From Ramazzottius varieornatus (lineage: Eukaryota; Animalia; Tardigrada): a stretch of DNA of 64,000 bases. Shown one piece after another: positions 33,523 through 46,600 of this stretch. Location: NCBI GenBank assembly GCA_001949185.1, contig BDGG01000001.1:6733591-6797590 (forward strand), in the 5' to 3' direction. Position 1 is the first letter of the stretch. Every line of letters begins with the position of its first letter. The notes below the pieces were generated by a model that was not told the origin of the DNA, ran no database searches, and saw only the letters and a program-made list of their open reading frames with translations. The position numbers and the translations under genes were made by a program.

Positions 33523-36500
33523 ATGAATCCGCCACTATTCGCTATAATACTGGCTTCTGTCCTCTGTTTTACCACCCATATTAGAGTGGTGGAGAGCAGC
33601 CCAGATGCCGAGAGGTTGTACACCTACCTGATGCGAGACTACTCCAAGTTAATCCGCCCGGTGCCAACCAATGAGGAAATCCTCAGTGTCCTGTTGAGTT
33701 TAAAGTTTCTGCAGCTGATCGCTGTCGTAAGTTACTGTCATATCTGGCTAGTCTTAAAAGTGTACTCCGGTGACGGCAGTCCGCTAGTGCTTACTACCTT
33801 GGTTTCAGGATGAAGTGAACCAAGTCATTACGACCAACGTCATGGTTCGTCAGGTACGACTGCAGATGATTGTATCGTACCATTTCCGACATGAGTTGGT
33901 TACAAATTCCTTTGACTCGTTTGCGTAGACATGGAACGATTACAAGCTAAAGTGGGACCCGGAAGAATATGGCGGACTGTCGACCTTGTATATTCCATGC
34001 GAGGCCATCTGGTTACCCGATATTGTTCTGTAAGTTCTGGCAGAGAAGCTTCTCGACCTTCCAACGAAATGAAAATCAATACAGTTTTTGTCTTGTAGAT
34101 ACAACAAGTAAGTCATGCCGGTTACAAAAAGAGTCCGTTCAACCGTCTGAATGTCAATGGGTATGTGTTTGTTCGGCGAAGCAACTGAACAGTTGGGGAA
34201 CACATTAGCCCAGCAGCGATCGAAGGGAGATATGGCTGCATATTAAGCTTTAATCAAGCGGAATTGCACTCGGTTACATTGGGGCTGTGATTTCTCCTAG
34301 TGCGGAAGGGGATTACCAGATTACTATGATGACTAAAGTTACTGTCAATTACACTGGAGACGTCGTCTGGGATCCGCCGGCCATTTATAAGAGTTACTGC
34401 CTAATCGACGTCACTTACTTCCCTTACGTGAGTGAACAGATTACGCGTGTCAGCCTCTCGAATTAATATCCGTACTTCCTTCCTCCTCCATCCTGACACA
34501 AGTTCCGCCAGACAAGAAGAAAGCGGGACACCCTCTTTTCCAGCCTTCGATAATGCAAACTGGGTTAACTTGATTCAATGAGACTTGTCATTACCATCGC
34601 GGGGTGTCGTTGCTATAGATTGGATGAGAATACAGCCAAGGCAATTGGCTTTGTAATGGGGTTTCGTCCCACTGTTTTTCTCTCCCTACAGGACAAACAA
34701 TCCTGCGAGATGAAATTTGGCACTTGGACCTACGACGCCGGCCAAGTTGACTTGACGCCTATACGTGGCTATGAAACAGACTCGAAAAAGATCCAGATCG
34801 GCATGGACCTGTCCGAATACAAAGAAAGCATCGAATGGGATATACTCGAGGTAAGAAGAAATTTCCGGTGCCACATTAGAGACTCAGAAGATCATGTTTA
34901 GCATTTGGAAGGCCGGCAAAAAGTCTCAGGATGATCGTCACCTCAAGTGGCGCAGTTTCCTTTCTATGGAAAAAAAATGCGCTGGTATGGTGGGTTCTTG
35001 CTACAGGCTTCTGCAATGAGGAACCGGCTGGTGTATTCATACGGAACATACGTGGATATTACCTTCAAGTTGGTCATTCGACGGAAGACCCTTTTTTACA
35101 CGGGTACGTATCGAGTCTGATGAAAACCGTGAAAGGTTTACTCTTCCGCTATGGTTGATGATGGACTGGCTGTCATATGCACCAATGTAGCCAAATCTGA
35201 TGGTGGCAGAGAGCCAAGCTGAGCTGTCATTCGGCGTATGCGTATTGATCTGTCTTCGGGTTCTTCGCTTGTAACCAGCCGAAACGATGACATCTGTCCC
35301 ATGCAATTTTCTCTTCTGCTGTAGTGAACTTGATGATCCCTTGTATTCTGATTTCCTGCCTGACGGTCTTCGTGTTTTACTTGCCATCGGACAGTGGCGA
35401 AAAAGTAAGCCACCCAGAAACACTAAAAACAAAGAATATTTCGTTCATGTGTTACCTACAATAAAAAAATCTCTTGTAGGTCACTCTCTGTATTTCCATT
35501 CTTCTATCACTCACCGTATTCATCTTGCTTCTTGCCGAGGTATGTCCAGTTGTTGTAGTCAGAGGATCACCTTTACTAATGGCTTTGCCCACTTTCTACA
35601 AGATTTCCTATTATTCGGTAATGTTGATATTTCTCAGATTATTCCACCGACGTCTCTTACGGTAAGTTGTCGTTTCTTCTGACCAAGCGACAACTGTGAG
35701 CCTGTCCCTGTGGGCTATATATGTCTCACTTTCCTCGCAACAGGTTCCGTTGATGGGCAGGTACTTGCTGTTTACCCTCGTGATGACTACAATGAGTATC
35801 GCCTTGACCATTGTTATCATCAATGTTCATGTAAGAGTTTCTCCATCAGTTCATCCGAGCAGATATCCGTCTATACCACGGGTCGTGTTACAGTTTCGGA
35901 ATCCATCGACGCACCGGATGGGTCCCTGGATCCGCAAAGTCTTTCTGCAGTGGCTACCGAAACTTCTTCTGATGGAACGACCCAAACAAGCGCAGCACAG
36001 ACTGAGCGGAGAATCAACATCCAGTCGGAGTGGTCCAAACGGCGCCGTCAACCAGCGCGACCGCGAGATGGTCCGTGATCGTTCGGCCCGCAACCTCTAC
36101 TCCCTGCAGTCTGAACCTCAAAATGTGGCTGGCGGTACTCCCTCTCGATCTCGAGAAAAGAGTCTGATGGAGAACCCGGAAGTTCAGAACGCCGTACGAG
36201 GCATTAACTTTATTGTCGAACACGTTCGAGATCAACATATCTTTGGCAATGTATGTATCAGCTTATTGCAGAAGTGCAGAAAAATGGCCTGTGCTGCGAT
36301 GGGTACCTCGGTCCCTCGCCCGAAAGGGGGCTTTACATCAGTGTACTACCAGGAGCGAGGTCTCACTTTGCTTAGCGTACAACTTTGCTCACCTACGCCA
36401 CGTCTACGTCCCAAACCCTAAGTAGCCCTGCGCATAGCTCGTGAGGTATGGTGGGCAAAGTTGTACGCTGAGCAGAGTAAGACCTCGCTCCTNNNNNNNN

Positions 36501-37138
36501 NNNNNNNNNNNNNNNNNNNNNNNNNNNNNNNNNNNNNNNNNNCGCTCCTCGTACAATAATAGCCCTCCTCACGACGGGCTTTGAAATTGGATGATGATGG
36601 TTATTCAGAAACCGATTTCCAATATTTCGCTTTCAAGATAAGCAGCTTCCGACCTGATAATTTTGGAAACGAAATCTGATTATCTCCCGCACACTTCGCT
36701 GGAAATTTATTTCTATTTCAACCTCTCATTAATGCCTCAAATCATCAGCTTACCCGTGGTGACATGCCTCATAACGCCAATCAGTGGTCAAGAGTACCAC
36801 ATGACCACGGGTACAACGATGATTTCTTTATTCTACAGCACAGTGCGCTCGAACACGCATTGGGTTAGATAACTGGTTCGTATCCAGATATTTCGCGGCT
36901 CGGCTAGGTCTTACTTTTGTAGACGGTTCGAGACTGGAAATATGTGGCCATGGTCCTGGATCGTCTCTTCCTCTGGATCTTCGCCGCTGTATGTCTGATC
37001 GGTACCGGGAAGATTGTGCTAGACGCGCCACCGTTGTACGAGACCGACGAACCCATCCCGCGGGAATGCAAGCCTCCAGAGATCACTGACGCTTGGATAT
37101 GCTTGTTCAAGGGCGCCAATGACGAAGACTACAGTTGA
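33523..37138 (+). CDS. nAChR: Nicotinic acetylcholine receptor subunit, non-alpha (no vicinal Cys), ~14 exons
   Basis: Signal peptide, then [19 protein letters not shown]; [26 protein letters not shown]; Cys-loop [15 protein letters not shown]; KFGTWTY; M1 [17 protein letters not shown]; M2 [14 protein letters not shown]; M3 [11 protein letters not shown]; M4 [17 protein letters not shown]. Confidence 0.93.
36349..36551. repeat. Short foldback/MITE-like inverted repeat in the last nAChR intron, spanning a 50-N assembly gap
   Basis: AGGAGCGAGGTCTCACTTTGCTTAGCGTACAACTTTGC (from 36351) pairs with GCAAAGTTGTACGCTGAGCAGAGTAAGACCTCGCTCCT (to 36492). Gap at 36493-36542. Confidence 0.7.
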
Positions 37139-37645
37139 TCGAGGGGCTTGATTGACGCGTTGTGTGATAGATGATAAGCAGAATATCCCTTCTACCCCTT
37201 TGTCTGTTTATTCGGATACATAGACTTCCGTACTACTAATGATACCCAACAAGCAAAACTTTCATGCTGATGTTGATTTTTAATGGAAAAAATAAATGAC
37301 ATAGAAAAACACGCCAACTGCTAAAAGAATTCTTTTGTCACCGGTCCGAAGAAAAATCAACCGGGAGAAAAATATTCAATTCGAGATAAATAGCGAGAAG
37401 AAGAAAAGATGGAAGTCCGAGGAGAATGACAGGGCCGAGCCAATACTGCTGGGCGCTAATTTCTGACATATTGAGAACCAGAGAAAACTTGGAAGAGAAA
37501 TGTCCGCAAAATGAGAATGAAACATTCTTCGAGCATCGAAATCATCATCGAGAAAAAGAGAAGAAGAAATGAGCCAGAGCCTTATTTTCACAAGGAAATG
37601 ACGTAGGAAAGACGGGCGAGTTTGCATGGGTCGTCCTCAGATAGA

Positions 37646-40600
37646 TCACTTCAAAAGAGAAACTTGTTCGTCATCATTGAGAGATTCGACCGATTGCCTC
37701 CGCACCGGGATATAATTTTCTTTGGACATCCTCCTGCTACTGTTGACCATCGACACCGACACCACCTTTGCGCTGGTATTGTTGCCCACGTTGTTGGCCA
37801 CATGGTCCACCACGGCAAAGCCGACATGTGGTTTCTTTAGTTGAACCATCTCAACCATTTCCGGCGTTCCTTCCTCCTTCAGGCTTCCACTCACGTTGTT
37901 CACTTTCATACTGGAGCTCTTCGGACTACGATGATGGTCACCATGGCCCAGTCCGTACTGCGCCCTCTGTCGTGTCAAATTGCTCCTTCGTCTATCCAGC
38001 CCGAAGCCACCTTCACTGACAGTGTCCTTCGCGATCAGAGGTTCTTTGGAAGGCGAGGTTACAGTCATGGTGGTGTTCTTCGTTTCATCTGTCCGTTCAA
38101 CGGTGACAGGTATGACCAACGGCGGTGATCGCTTCCCGGTGTTGTGTGCGGCCGAACTGGATGCTCGTTCACGCATCTGCATGGCCATTTGTAGCGTACT
38201 GTCTTTGCGCTTTCCAATGGCCCTGAACCGGGCAAAGTCAGCTAAGCGATGGACCGTGACCGCTTCTTCGCCTTGTGATGTCTCGTCGGTGGCGATTTGT
38301 GTGGGGGAGCGACTGGCGTGGAGCTGGGCCGACATGAGGACGTACTCGTCGATGAGGGCGTTGACTTCCAGGCTGATCTGCGAGTAGGCGCCTTCTGCGG
38401 TGTCCTGGACTGTCAGACCGCTGCCGGTGAGGGTGCGGCGAATGTTGGCTTGTACCTGGACTTCTTGTTCGGAAAGGGACTCGTCCTTCTTGTCGACGTT
38501 GGCGATGGCGAACGGAGCCAGGTGGACGTACAGAGCGGTACGGAAGACGATGGTGTACTCGAGAAAGTGCCAGAAGGCCAGACCGGCGTTGCCTTTCTCA
38601 CCGTAGTCTTGGAGGGACTTGGCTAGGCGCAGCCACTCCGAACCGAGACGACCTACTCGAAAACACTGATCAGTCTCGGTTATATGTATCAATACTGGAA
38701 GTGACGTACCTTCGTAGCAGACTACAACGACCTTGAGACCCAAGAAGGCCACTTTGCGAGAAAACTCTTGCTGTTTGTTGGCCGGAGAAGGGCTGGCGGG
38801 ATGATGGGTGCCGCTGGATGGGTTAGACATGTTGGAGCTGGTCCGTGTCATAGTCGTGTGGGCGTTGATGGTTAGTTGTTTCGTGGGAACGGAGGGCTGC
38901 TTGACGGTTGGCGGATGCAGTAACTGGATCAAGACTCGAAGAATATACCTGTAACAAAATCCGCATGATGTAAACCAACAATTTACGCAGAATTTCGTAG
39001 TAGAATACCACATCTAGGAGGTACTATGTCTTGTCACTAGGAAGGCTGATTTTTTGTGTCATGTGACGCCGGTCTGTATTATTACGTTGTGCATTCACAT
39101 GGACGTTCGTTTTTGAAATATGAAAATGGAAGAATTTTTTAGATGATTTATTTGTGAGATAGAAATGTGGATTCTCAAAATAAGTAAAATTCGAAAGCGA
39201 AGGATCACACCATTCATGCGACGTACCTGAGGTCTTCGATGCGCAAAGGGGGCAGATCGCTTCCACCACCACTGCCAATCCTCAGAGTCAGCGGCAGCAA
39301 GAAGCAGATGACCATGCGGAAGAACTGGTCGTTGAACGTGGCGCACAACTGCTCCAAGTTACAGTACTCTTTCCCGGCCTGCAGGTAGACCGCACACAGG
39401 TCGATGGTGGCCTGTCGGAAGACCGTCGAGACCGGAAGTATGCCGTCAGCGGTTACGGCCAAGACAGCCGCAGGAATGTCGGTTCCAGATGTCGAGATGT
39501 GGTCGGACAATGTCATGCTGATGCAGTTGGAGCAGAGGGACTTTAGTTGTGGCAGTAGGGCAATGAGGTTGTTATTGCACATCAGCTTGGTCACGCCCTG
39601 GATGATCTGAGCGGCGGCTGTCCAGTTGGTGTCTCGTCGCATAGAAGGCTTCTTCATGATTTTGAGGAAGGTTTTGTCGACTCGCCGCAGAAGTTGCTGG
39701 ATGGTCTGTTTCAGAGCTTCGACCGAAAAGTCCATGGATGGAAGAATCTCCGTCATGTACAGTTCCAGACCTGGGAAAAGTAACCCATTCCTCAATGACA
39801 AGTCAGCGGTTTAAACTCATACACCGAAGTCAATTGAATCTTCAACTGAAACCATTATGGCAGATTTGTTGTCTTAGTTTTATGGAGGACACTGACTACG
39901 TACGCGCGCTTCCAGACAACTCTTTACAGCAGTTCCATTTAATTTGTTCATATTGGTACCTTCACAGCCCATGACGTCTTTGTCATAAGGTGCCACCTTG
40001 AGCAAGGTTTGGGCAATTTCGGACAGACGAATGTGGCTTTTGACGTCGATAAGTTCGGGTGGTCGTGTGGTCAGGTCACCCAAGACTTTGCTGAGGTGGC
40101 GGATCCGGCTGGTGGCTGATGTAAGGAAATGCGCCACGATAGCCAGGAGGTGGTTACGCGGTGAGGAGAATTCCCACTGGCTGTCGGTGTCCACCACGGT
40201 CTCCTGCACCATTATCCGGGGTCTACGGTAAAAAAAAACAACATTTCCACTGCCGGCGTGGCTGAGCATTTGTTCAGCGTCAGTATTAGTATACTCTGTG
40301 TTTCTACGAAAAAGAGGACAAAGACGCACGATACAATATTCTCGTTTGTGCGGGTATTCAATGACAAGACCCAGTCTTGCTTACCGGTTGGCTTCCACGT
40401 CGGTGTCACGTCCATGCGATGGGGCCAAGCTGCCCAGTTGGCGCGTGAAGTCACCGGGGTTGATGGGCGACCTGGTCGGTGGGTCAAAGTTTTTGACCAG
40501 GGTCTCCGCCGACGATACTAATGATTTGAGGCTGCCGGCCAACGCGATGATCTTCTGCAGTTCTTCTTTGGCAGACTTGGCGTTATCGGCAATCTTCTCA

Positions 40601-43600
40601 TCGTACCAAACTTCTTCATGGATAAGCGTCCGCAGCACTTGCAACATCTGGGTGCCCCGCGGACTTTCGGCTGTATCGTATGAGATGACGGCTATGCAAG
40701 AGCTGACCGCTGATGTCAGGACGGTGGCGGGGGTGAAATCAAATTGGTCGTTTTGATAGCAAAGATCAAGTGGCTGTAATGGCTTCTTGGTATCGACTTT
40801 CTCTAAGATGTCCAAATGGTCCAAAGGATGGAGAGCGGCTAATCTGGTGGCCGATGTCACGACCACCGCGGCTTTGGACTGTCGTCGGCCATATCGCTCC
40901 AAGGAAAAGAGGATCTTCTTGACGTGACTGCGTTTCAGCGGTTTAGCGTCTACCTCACTGGCCGACAGTTCCAGCAGCGAAGGAGCGGAACCGAAGAGCT
41001 GAAGAAGGAAAGGGTTGCGGTGGAGGATGAAGAACTGGGAGCAGGCAAACTCGATGGCTTCCACTACCATGTCGTTGGTCTGGTGCATGGCGTAAATCTT
41101 GAGGATCGTAGGCATGATTTGGAGAAAGCCGGTAGTGGCGAAGAACGACTTCATGTTGCGGGAAACGGTGATGAAGGTCGCCAGACAGTGACGCAGGATG
41201 GCCGAGTCTTGGCAGTGGAGAAGGAGAACACCGTTGAGAACGCTGATCAACATGGCGATGTCGGTGTGTGACAATTGGACCTCCGAGCTGGTCTTTGAAA
41301 GGTTTGTCAGAAGACTGGCAATCATCTGGAAAAAGGTACGTTAATGTGCAGCAATCAAAACGCAACAAGTATCACGACAGGAAATTTGAATCTTTTAGCC
41401 AGACCGCTCGCCATAAACTTTAACTATTCTGGTAAGCGGTACGGTCCAATGCATCAATTAAAATTCCTTAAGTTACGTCGAATGACTTTTGCAAATGTGC
41501 ACATTTTCTATGACTTTTATATCAGATTGTCGTACCTGAACCCAAACGTATTTGTGCATGACGTCAATGGCCAGGTATTCCGCCCCCATCAGACCATGTT
41601 GAAACTGGACATCACATTCCAGGGCTTTTCTGGGAAAGTTGGGTATCTTGGTCAGACCATCGTCCATTAGCATCATTTGTTGTTTCTGCAGAGCAAACTC
41701 CGAGTCGCCTTCGGCGTTGACGAACAAGGAGTACACCAGGAAGACCTTCTGTGCTTCCAGAAAGAGCGTATGGTAGGCTTGAGACTGCAGCTTGACAAAA
41801 GCCTCCATCCCGGACATGTGGACTAGGTTTAGTTGCGGATAAAAGCTCCGTCGGAAAAAGTAAATGTCTCGAATGAAGCCGGAAGGTTGATGTGCGCGAC
41901 CGCTCTTCGAGTCGATCAGCAAGTACTGGGAGCGAGTGTGGTCGGGTATGCCGAAAAAGTCCAGGCTTTCGTTGAGCAACTCGTCGAAGCGCGTGTCTTC
42001 TTGGACAGGAAGCTGTGATGGGATGGAGGTGAGGTCGGGACCGTGGACTACCACTTTCTTGGCTCCCGGCACGTTGGCCGTCAGCAGCAGGTGCGGGTCG
42101 CACTGCTCGCGACGGAGGACGGCCTTGATGTCTTTGAAGGAAATTCCGCGGACGCTGGGCACAATATGCCACAGTACCGACATGACGGCCTCGACACCGT
42201 GGAAAGTGTGCTCGTTGCTTGAGCGGACGAAGGACATACAATAACCCATCTGAAAGCATACGATGAGCTGTTGCATGTTGAGTCGACCGAAGGAAAACTG
42301 TAGCCACTAATGGCGAAATATACCACCAAACAGAATACTAAACTCATCAAAACCTGGAAAAAACCAGTGTGTCTTCTTACGAGATGGTTGAACAACGTGG
42401 CGGCTGCATGTGAGGGAATTTGGTTCATGTGCCCCATCAAGCGGCGCATTTTGCGGAGGATGACGCCTTGCTTTTCTTTATTGCTGAGCTTCTCCAGCAT
42501 GTAGCGCAAAAAGAGACTAGCGTCCTCCACGATACCTTCCCATAGCGTTTGAAAAGCCAGATCACCAACTGTAAGCAAACAAGAATGATGTAGCAAGGCG
42601 AAGGTTGGAGTGCTCGATGAGCGGTCATACCACAGATTCCACAGCCATCCACGTCGGCATCCTCCAGCAAGTCCACCAGTAGTAAGACTGACACTGCAAG
42701 TGACCCGGGAAAAACAGGCTGGACGGTCAATGCGTGGGTTGCTACTGCACCAGTCTCTGCCGTCAGATTCCCATCGTCCGCTGTAACAATAAAAATATCA
42801 TCTCAAAATATCTTGGGAAATTAACTCGCTTAGGACCAGTCACGGTTAAAATTTCTGTCCAAAATTACATTCTTCGCGGTCATCGATAACTTGTTGGGGT
42901 ACGGGTTCGATGGCAGCCATCTTTAGGACAGGTAGCATGGTAATCCTCGTACGTTCGCGCTCTCGCTGGATCCGTTCTTCTTGTGCCCTCAGAGCCTTGT
43001 TCATGGATTCCTGCAACTGCTTTCTCCTGGTCTGCGTTGCTGCCACCAAGGTGTTTGAGTTCTTCGACTACAACAAACAGTATTATGCACCACAGCCTTC
43101 CTTGTACTGTTATTGAGGCCTTTATAGTTTACACATCAAAGCTTACCTGTTCTTCCTGACTTATTGCCACTTCTTCAATCTTGATGCTGGTTGGAGGTAA
43201 CCAGGGCGCATCGGGACAGTCCACCGTTGTCCGACCAAAGAGCGGCGAAGGTAGGGTGTAGTCAATATTTAGAGCTTGGCTAACTTTTAGTAAGGACTGC
43301 GCGCCATCTTCCAGCCGAATCCACACTTGGTACCGGTACCTCCACAGCGCTTGAAACCTGTAAATATTCCACCACTGAGTGAAAGATTACTTGAAAGACC
43401 AAGTGATAGAGTCTTACTTCAGCACGGAATCGACGCGTTGTTCGGCTTCTTCGTGGTTCATTTCCTTCCGTATAAAGTCCACCACGAACTTGCTGATTTT
43501 CACTGAGCAGACAATGCAGAGCGTGCTGGCCGTAGAAGCCATTTCCTCGTCTTCCACCAGAAGCAGTTCCCAGCAAATGGGGAACATGCGCTCCAGTTGT

Positions 43601-46600
43601 TGTTCGTCCATGATGAGAAGGCCCTTGGCTAGAACGGAGAAGGGTGCGGCAAAGAGACTGAGGACCTGTTGGCGCATGTACTCCATCATCGCCACCGACT
43701 TCTCGCCTTCCATCGGGTAGTATCCACTGTCCTCTTCTGACTTGCTTTTCTCCGTTTGACCATCTTTTCCGGAGGCCTCGTTTAGAGCTTCAGTTCTGTC
43801 AGAAAATCAGCATAGAAAACTGGTGCACATCTGCCTCATTGACCTACGCACATGCTTGGTACCACAGAATTTCACAGGTTAGATTATTACCTGAGTTTGT
43901 TCATGGAGTCCATGCTTTGATGTTTCTCCAGTATACTCGCCGTTTTGCTCAACCTGCCTATCCCAGCGTAGTGGGAGGCTTTGCGAAAGATTCTCAGCTT
44001 CCGATGGGACGAGGGTGTCGTCGGCGTTTGACTGCCGCTCTGACCATGGGAGACCTCGAGGACTTCGTCATCCTCCATGTTCAGTGACTTGCCAACGTAG
44101 GCGTTCACCGTCTCGTCGCCGTTCAGTCTTTTCATGGACCATGTCAGCCGGCTACAACTTTTCATGATGCGATAGAAACAAAACATGGTACAGGCTTTCT
44201 TGTGGTCACAGATGAAGGAAAAGCGTGAGCAAAGGTTGATCATTGAATCCAGCCAGGGCATATGGTCACTGTACTCGGTGGTTTCTTGGTCCAGTCCAAA
44301 AACATCACGATCGCCGGCCTAAGAAACCCAATAGTCAATACTCGCAAGGGTCAAAGTGAATGCAAACCTTAGTGGAAAAGCGGCAAATGAAACCTAATTC
44401 GTCAGTTTCAAGTGGCGCACGGTTCTAGCTAGTAACCATGAAACAACGCGCCACTTAAGATGTGATAGTGCAAACTTGGTCTGCCGGCCTGCCAACTGTG
44501 ATATTGATATTAATAATAAAAGACAATGGTGGTACCTTGTCGTCGGGTATGTGAGTGGGTGACACCACTTCTTCCAAGCTGCTCGAGCTGACTTCGGAGC
44601 GGACAGAAACACTGCTGGTTTTTCGTGAACGAACAGAACCAGTGCGGCGACGGGTATCATCTTGTGAGGCCTTCCGTAGTCGGAAGCTGCGTCGCCGGCC
44701 TTGCGGTCCTTCGTGTTGGTGCTGACGCACACGGTCGCGACCGGACTTGAGCAGGTGGGCCCGATGCTCGGCTTCCTCGTGCGTGGCGCTACTGCTACTT
44801 CTCTGGGACTGGTTGTCGTCAGCTATCATGAAGCTGATTCTCCTTTCACCTGGCGCGTGTCCGGCTAATCGAAAAAGAAATAAACACATGAAAGAAATTG
44901 GAAACTCGGTGTTTTTAGCAGATTTAATGCGTAACAGCCCAAGTTTCGCCAGCGAGAGATGCACTTTGGAGCTAGTCTTGGAGATGCATAACTTGTTTCC
45001 GCATGATGTTGTTGACGAGGTATGTGCGTACCTGTGTGAAATAGGTGGACTTGGCCGTGTTCCACAAAGGAATGAATGCTAGTGTGCGATGCGCCACCGG
45101 AAGTGCTCGCCACCGAGCTCCAGCGTCGGCCAGCTAGTCTTTTGTCCACAACGCTGACTTTGGCCGCACCATGGGTTCTTGATGTAGCGAACTTTTCTTT
45201 CCTAGGTAGCATACGGTAGGTTTCTCGCAAGAACGCCGTGATCTCCAGCAGGAGCTGACAAGCCGCCATCTTTAGCGCGAACGGGCAATTCCCGGGCTCC
45301 ATATTGTCACCACCGACCATGAAGTAGTCCTCTTCATCCACGACGAGCGTGGGCGAGACGACCGTTAAAGGGTCCACCTCTTCCAACTTCAAGACATCGT
45401 CCAGTCTCAATGTCAAACTTCTTGCCCATTCATAGAAGACCTGTGGATAGATAGGCAAATAGATAAACCACCCTCAGTACCGCAAAACTGCGTCAAAACC
45501 GATAATAAGCATAAAAGTTCAGACTTTCCGAGTACGAAAAGAATTGGTCGGTATAGTCAAAGTTTTTAATGTTATATTCGATTAACTAATTCAATTGATT
45601 TTCATTTCAACAGATACTCGGAGTTCTGATCGGAAGGAGATTATGTGATACCTTTCCGGCCGTCCGTTGAAGAATGTTCTGTTTCCTCGGCAGGGTAGGT
45701 GCGATCAATCGACCGACGAGACCGGACTGCCGGTACTGCAAGGACGTCAGCTTGATCCAGTCAGGCCACTTGCCCTGGTTGCACCGATGCACAAACTGGG
45801 CGCATTCCAGAAGGAAGGCAGCGCGGGATAGGACTGGTGCTTGAAGGTCCAACATCGCCGACAGAACGGATGGCTCGGGCAAGGTCCCTGGTGGACAGAA
45901 GTCAAGGAGGACGCCGAGGCTACGCATACCGGTAGTCAACGCGCGGACGTTGAGGATGAAGGCAATCTTGGAAGGTGTGGTGGTTGGTGGAGCTTCTTCG
46001 CTTTTACTCCGACGAAGTATGCCTAAAGGCATTTCGAGTTATGCACGGAACGTTCTTACATGCAATACGCAAAAACTGGCAAGGTCGCAAACAGTTTCCC
46101 TGCGTGGTTCATGTCACTAGTCTTAACGAGAAAACAAGCAGCCATAACAATCAAATCGACTCAGTTACTGTACACGCATGATGAGAAAGTTTAGTACAGC
46201 GGAACGAATGTTTGTACCTACGTACGTGTGCAAAATTCACACCGATGCGGTTTTTGACAGCTTTCTACGGTTGATTTCTCACTTTGCCGTCTTTTCCGCC
46301 TGTTTCAAACTTTTTACTGTTCCAAACTTTCCCTTCGTGCGCGTGTGATATGTTTTACCGCTTATTTCTTCTTCTCTGGCATTGTAGTCCGCTATCCGTT
46401 TGTGTCGAAGTGACGGTAGGCTAATTTGACCGGTTGACTTGAACGACAGTCTGTGTTTCATGTGTTCGGGGTTGGTCTTCTCCAGACTCTGCTGTCTCGA
46501 GCCTTCCCCCGAAGAGTTCCCATCAGGTCCTGACGCAAGTGACATCGAAGTCTCCAGAGTTCCTCTTCGCGAGTCGCGACTACCCTGACTCGACTTTGGC

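Noticed and set aside
35190-35235. Possible stop-containing alternative exon giving a soluble AChBP-like nAChR ectodomain
   Set aside because: Weak polypyrimidine tract; AG/GT alone is insufficient evidence.
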